Virus record (IMG/VR): IMGVR_UViG_3300002446_000089
Coordinates: 1-53,331 of that record
Length of the DNA stretch: 53,331 nt
Source of the DNA: a virus
Taxonomy: Duplodnaviria > Caudoviricetes
Strand: one strand, 5' to 3'
Position numbers and translations under genes: made by a program. The stretch's first letter is position 1, and every line of letters starts with the position of its first letter. The notes below the pieces were generated by a model. It saw nothing but the letters and a program-made list of their open reading frames with translations, did not search any database and was not told the DNA's origin. Positions 50,868 to 53,331 of this stretch are shown piece by piece.

Positions 50868-52334
50868 CTACTCCATTTGAACGTCGTAGTCATCATTGTC
50901 GTAAACTTCGGACTGCGGCAAGACCATCGCCGGCGTGAAGGCCAGCACAACAGCATCGCCGCGGTCGGGGCTGCGCCCGATCCGCTTTTTCATCTCTTCC
51001 TTGGGCTCTACTCTGATCTGCCCCTTGCTGGTAAACTTGTATTTAATCCCGCACAAGTCGCCTAAAAGCTCGTCGTCTTTCGGCAGGGCAATCGGATTAG
51101 GATTAATCCGTGGGTCAGGATTTAAAAGCTCCCGCAGCAGCCACCAAAGCTCGCTTCTTCTATTGAGAAACTTATTCGGCTCGCAAGCCGCCTCAGCCAC
51201 GTTTACCCCAAAGACCGGATACTGCTGCTCTGCCAGCCGGTCTACAACTCCGCCGCCGACACCGATATCGTCAACTTTGATCGCTACAGCTTGACGTTCT
51301 CTATATTCCACGATTGCATGACCCGCCGTCTCCATGGTGCCCTGCTTGGCGAATACTTTCAGCGGCAGGACTTTCAACCCGCACCTGGTTGCAATTACTG
51401 TTTTGTCGCTGCCGAAACGGGCCACGTCCACACCCAGTTCTACCGGTACCATTCCCTCAGGCACTTCGCGCTCCATGGCTGCCTCGATCCAGGAGAGCGG
51501 GATCAGCGTGTCGTCCGCTTCGGTCGGGAACTGCCCTTTCACCCGGGCCTGGTACGCCGGTGATTCCGGCCCCCAGCGCAGGTACTTATCGGCTACCCAG
51601 TCAGGAGTAATTAGCTTCGGGTTGGGTAGGGGACCTGTTATTTTTGCTTCCCAGGTCCCGTTTATGATGTCCTCTTCAGTGATACCAAACGCCGTAAAAT
51701 TCGGGCTGTCGAAAGCCGATATGGCGATTGTGTGCCAGCCCGGGCCGCGAAAGGCGTTGTAAAACGTTCCGGAGAGTGATGTCGGATTGCCCAAAAGAAG
51801 AAGGCGTGCATGTTCCGATGTCAGCACGCCCTCTACGGCTTCGAATATATCCTCCGGTACGCCGGCCGCCTCATCAACTACTACCAGGATAAATTCCTCA
51901 TGGTAGCCCTGGAACCGGTCGGGGTCGTTTGTCGACAGCCCCATGGCGTACCACTCGTCCTGGACGATCTGAATTTCCGGACTCTTCGGCAGGATGTGCC
52001 CGCCCAGGGGAACCTTTGCCCTTTTGTAGCTCGCCCGGACTTCCTTCCAGACCAGCTTTTCCACTTGGCGCCAGGTTGGTGCGGTGGAAAGCACGATGCT
52101 GCGCGGGAAGTTATATAAAAACCACAGGATTACTTGACCTGCGGTGAATGACTTTCCTATACCGTGACAGCTTCTGACTGCAGTTCTGGGATTATCCCGG
52201 ACGCTTCTTAAAATTTCTTGCTGCTTAGGCCATGGGATTGCTCCAAGGATTTTTCTTACCCACCAGACCGGCTTTTTCTTTCCTCTTGTTCTGAGCTTCC
52301 TCTTTTCCTTCGTGCTAAGACTCTTCAGTGGCAT
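50868..52334 (-). CDS. Terminase large subunit
   Basis: SCHGIGKS Walker A, VVDEAAG Walker B, GNP, GVDVARFGSD, SPDRGDA; start approximate. Confidence 0.93.
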   Translation of the reverse strand: MPLKSLSTKEKRKLRTRGKKKPVWWVRKILGAIPWPKQQEILRSVRDNPRTAVRSCHGIGKSFTAGQVILWFLYNFPRSIVLSTAPTWRQVEKLVWKEVRASYKRAKVPLGGHILPKSPEIQIVQDEWYAMGLSTNDPDRFQGYHEEFILVVVDEAAGVPEDIFEAVEGVLTSEHARLLLLGNPTSLSGTFYNAFRGPGWHTIAISAFDSPNFTAFGITEEDIINGTWEAKITGPLPNPKLITPDWVADKYLRWGPESPAYQARVKGQFPTEADDTLIPLSWIEAAMEREVPEGMVPVELGVDVARFGSDKTVIATRCGLKVLPLKVFAKQGTMETAGHAIVEYRERQAVAIKVDDIGVGGGVVDRLAEQQYPVFGVNVAEAACEPNKFLNRRSELWWLLRELLNPDPRINPNPIALPKDDELLGDLCGIKYKFTSKGQIRVEPKEEMKKRIGRSPDRGDAVVLAFTPAMVLPQSEVYDNDDYDVQME

Positions 52335-53217
52335 CGTCATCATCCCCGGCTGCAAGGTCGGCCCAGGTATCGCCTTTACCGGGCTCATCATTCCTGCCCA
52401 TTTTCGCTTTCTCCAGTTCCAGCCTCTCTTTGGCGATGTCTATATCCTGTTTGAGTTTCTCTAACCTGAGCTTGTGTTCATTACTGATATGGCCTCTTTG
52501 CAGGAGGTCCTCATAACTGCTGATAAGTTTTTCAAGCGCTGTTGTTGCTTTCGATTGGGCTGAGAGAAAGTTCGCATGTTTATCCCAGGGGTATTGAAAC
52601 TCCCATTCGTACTCATCACCGTTTATGGATGACCGTTCACGCTTCAGATGTTTCGTTAAATCCTCTTTATCCTTTACAAACATAATCCTCTGTGCCCGGG
52701 CGATGGCCAGGTACTGGATCATGATGTTCTCCCAAAGAATATCGAGTGGGTTTTTGTTGATTATTTCATCGACGAGCGCTCTGGTATCTTCATCGTCGGG
52801 AAAGATCCTGCTGAAAAAGCCGTGCTTTAAGTGATTATGGCTGCCTTTGGGCGGCCCCGTTGCTGCTCCCCCGTGGAACTTGCACTTTGTTTTGCCTGGC
52901 AGGGCTTTGTTTTTGCACCGCTGCTTAGTCTGCCTAGAATAAGCCGTGCACTGGTTCTCTATTTGATCGGCATGCCGCCGGCAGTATTCGCTTCCGGGCA
53001 GAGCTTTTAATCTGCATCTTTTCCCTGACTTGTGAGCGATGGCCGCACAATAGCCTGCTGCTGAATGCTCAATTTTTGAGCGCTCATTTTTTAAATTGCT
53101 TATCCAGCGCCTTATCGTCCCGGCAGGGATGCCTGTTTTCTTAGCTGCATTTTCCGCGGTGGTCGCAATAGCCAGTTCGATAGCTTTGTTCTTTATTTCC
53201 CCGTCCCACCATGCCAT
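52315..53217 (-). CDS. Terminase small subunit with HTH and two Cys/His (HGG-type) motifs
   Basis: GIPAGTIRRW HTH, CKFHGGAATG, NHLKHGFFS, WDKHANFL. Confidence 0.8.
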   Translation of the reverse strand: MAWWDGEIKNKAIELAIATTAENAAKKTGIPAGTIRRWISNLKNERSKIEHSAAGYCAAIAHKSGKRCRLKALPGSEYCRRHADQIENQCTAYSRQTKQRCKNKALPGKTKCKFHGGAATGPPKGSHNHLKHGFFSRIFPDDEDTRALVDEIINKNPLDILWENIMIQYLAIARAQRIMFVKDKEDLTKHLKRERSSINGDEYEWEFQYPWDKHANFLSAQSKATTALEKLISSYEDLLQRGHISNEHKLRLEKLKQDIDIAKERLELEKAKMGRNDEPGKGDTWADLAAGDDDDATEES

Positions 53218-53331
53218 TGATCACCACCTTCTCTTTGGTCTTGATTTCATTGTCTGTTACGCCTTCGGTTTATGGTGAAATAATTGCAAATACAAATATT
53301 AGCCGTCTCTCATCCCCTCCCTAACGGAAGG

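Larger units (their letters stand above)
1..53331. mobile_element. Temperate phage genome (myovirus-like, PBSX/Xkd-type tail), probably excised/circular form
   Basis: Terminase, portal, capsid, sheath/tube, tape measure, baseplate, lysis, serine integrase, cI/cro and replication modules; no host housekeeping genes in the window. Confidence 0.95.

Noticed and set aside
1-53331. Genome-wide TGA reassignment
   Set aside because: Many genes end in TGA with ATGA coupling to the next gene; only one internal TGA was found

Overview
A ~53 kb temperate phage of a Gram-positive, probably Clostridia-type host (inferred from Bacillota-style SD and sigma-A signals and an SLH-domain endolysin), with a contractile PBSX/Xkd-like tail. 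Almost all genes are on the minus strand. Left to right: early, replication and recombination genes (1-16.4 kb), cro/cI switch, a tRNA-like remnant, serine integrase followed by an intact attP-like inverted repeat, lysis genes, tail/baseplate, neck, head, portal and terminase. Integrase joined directly to the lysis genes suggests an excised or circularised genome rather than an integrated prophage. The standout locus is the MuF (SPP1 gp7-like) minor head gene. It carries a 326-aa intein whose interior has no recognisable nuclease in the intein frame. Instead a 302-aa HTH + Vsr/DUF559-like endonuclease is encoded on the opposite strand in codon register, with an extended -10 promoter and a Shine-Dalgarno written into the intein's conserved C-terminal splicing motifs. 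The same MuF frame continues past one in-frame TGA into an Ntox50-like toxin domain followed by a likely immunity gene. Other notable items: a C5-methyltransferase with a nested alternative-frame second subunit, a promoter-driven 3'-broken tRNA with an Arg-like body and GCT anticodon, sigma-H-like moron leaders, a tail chaperone -1 frameshift and several other homing endonucleases. All family assignments come from motif recognition by eye, not database searches.
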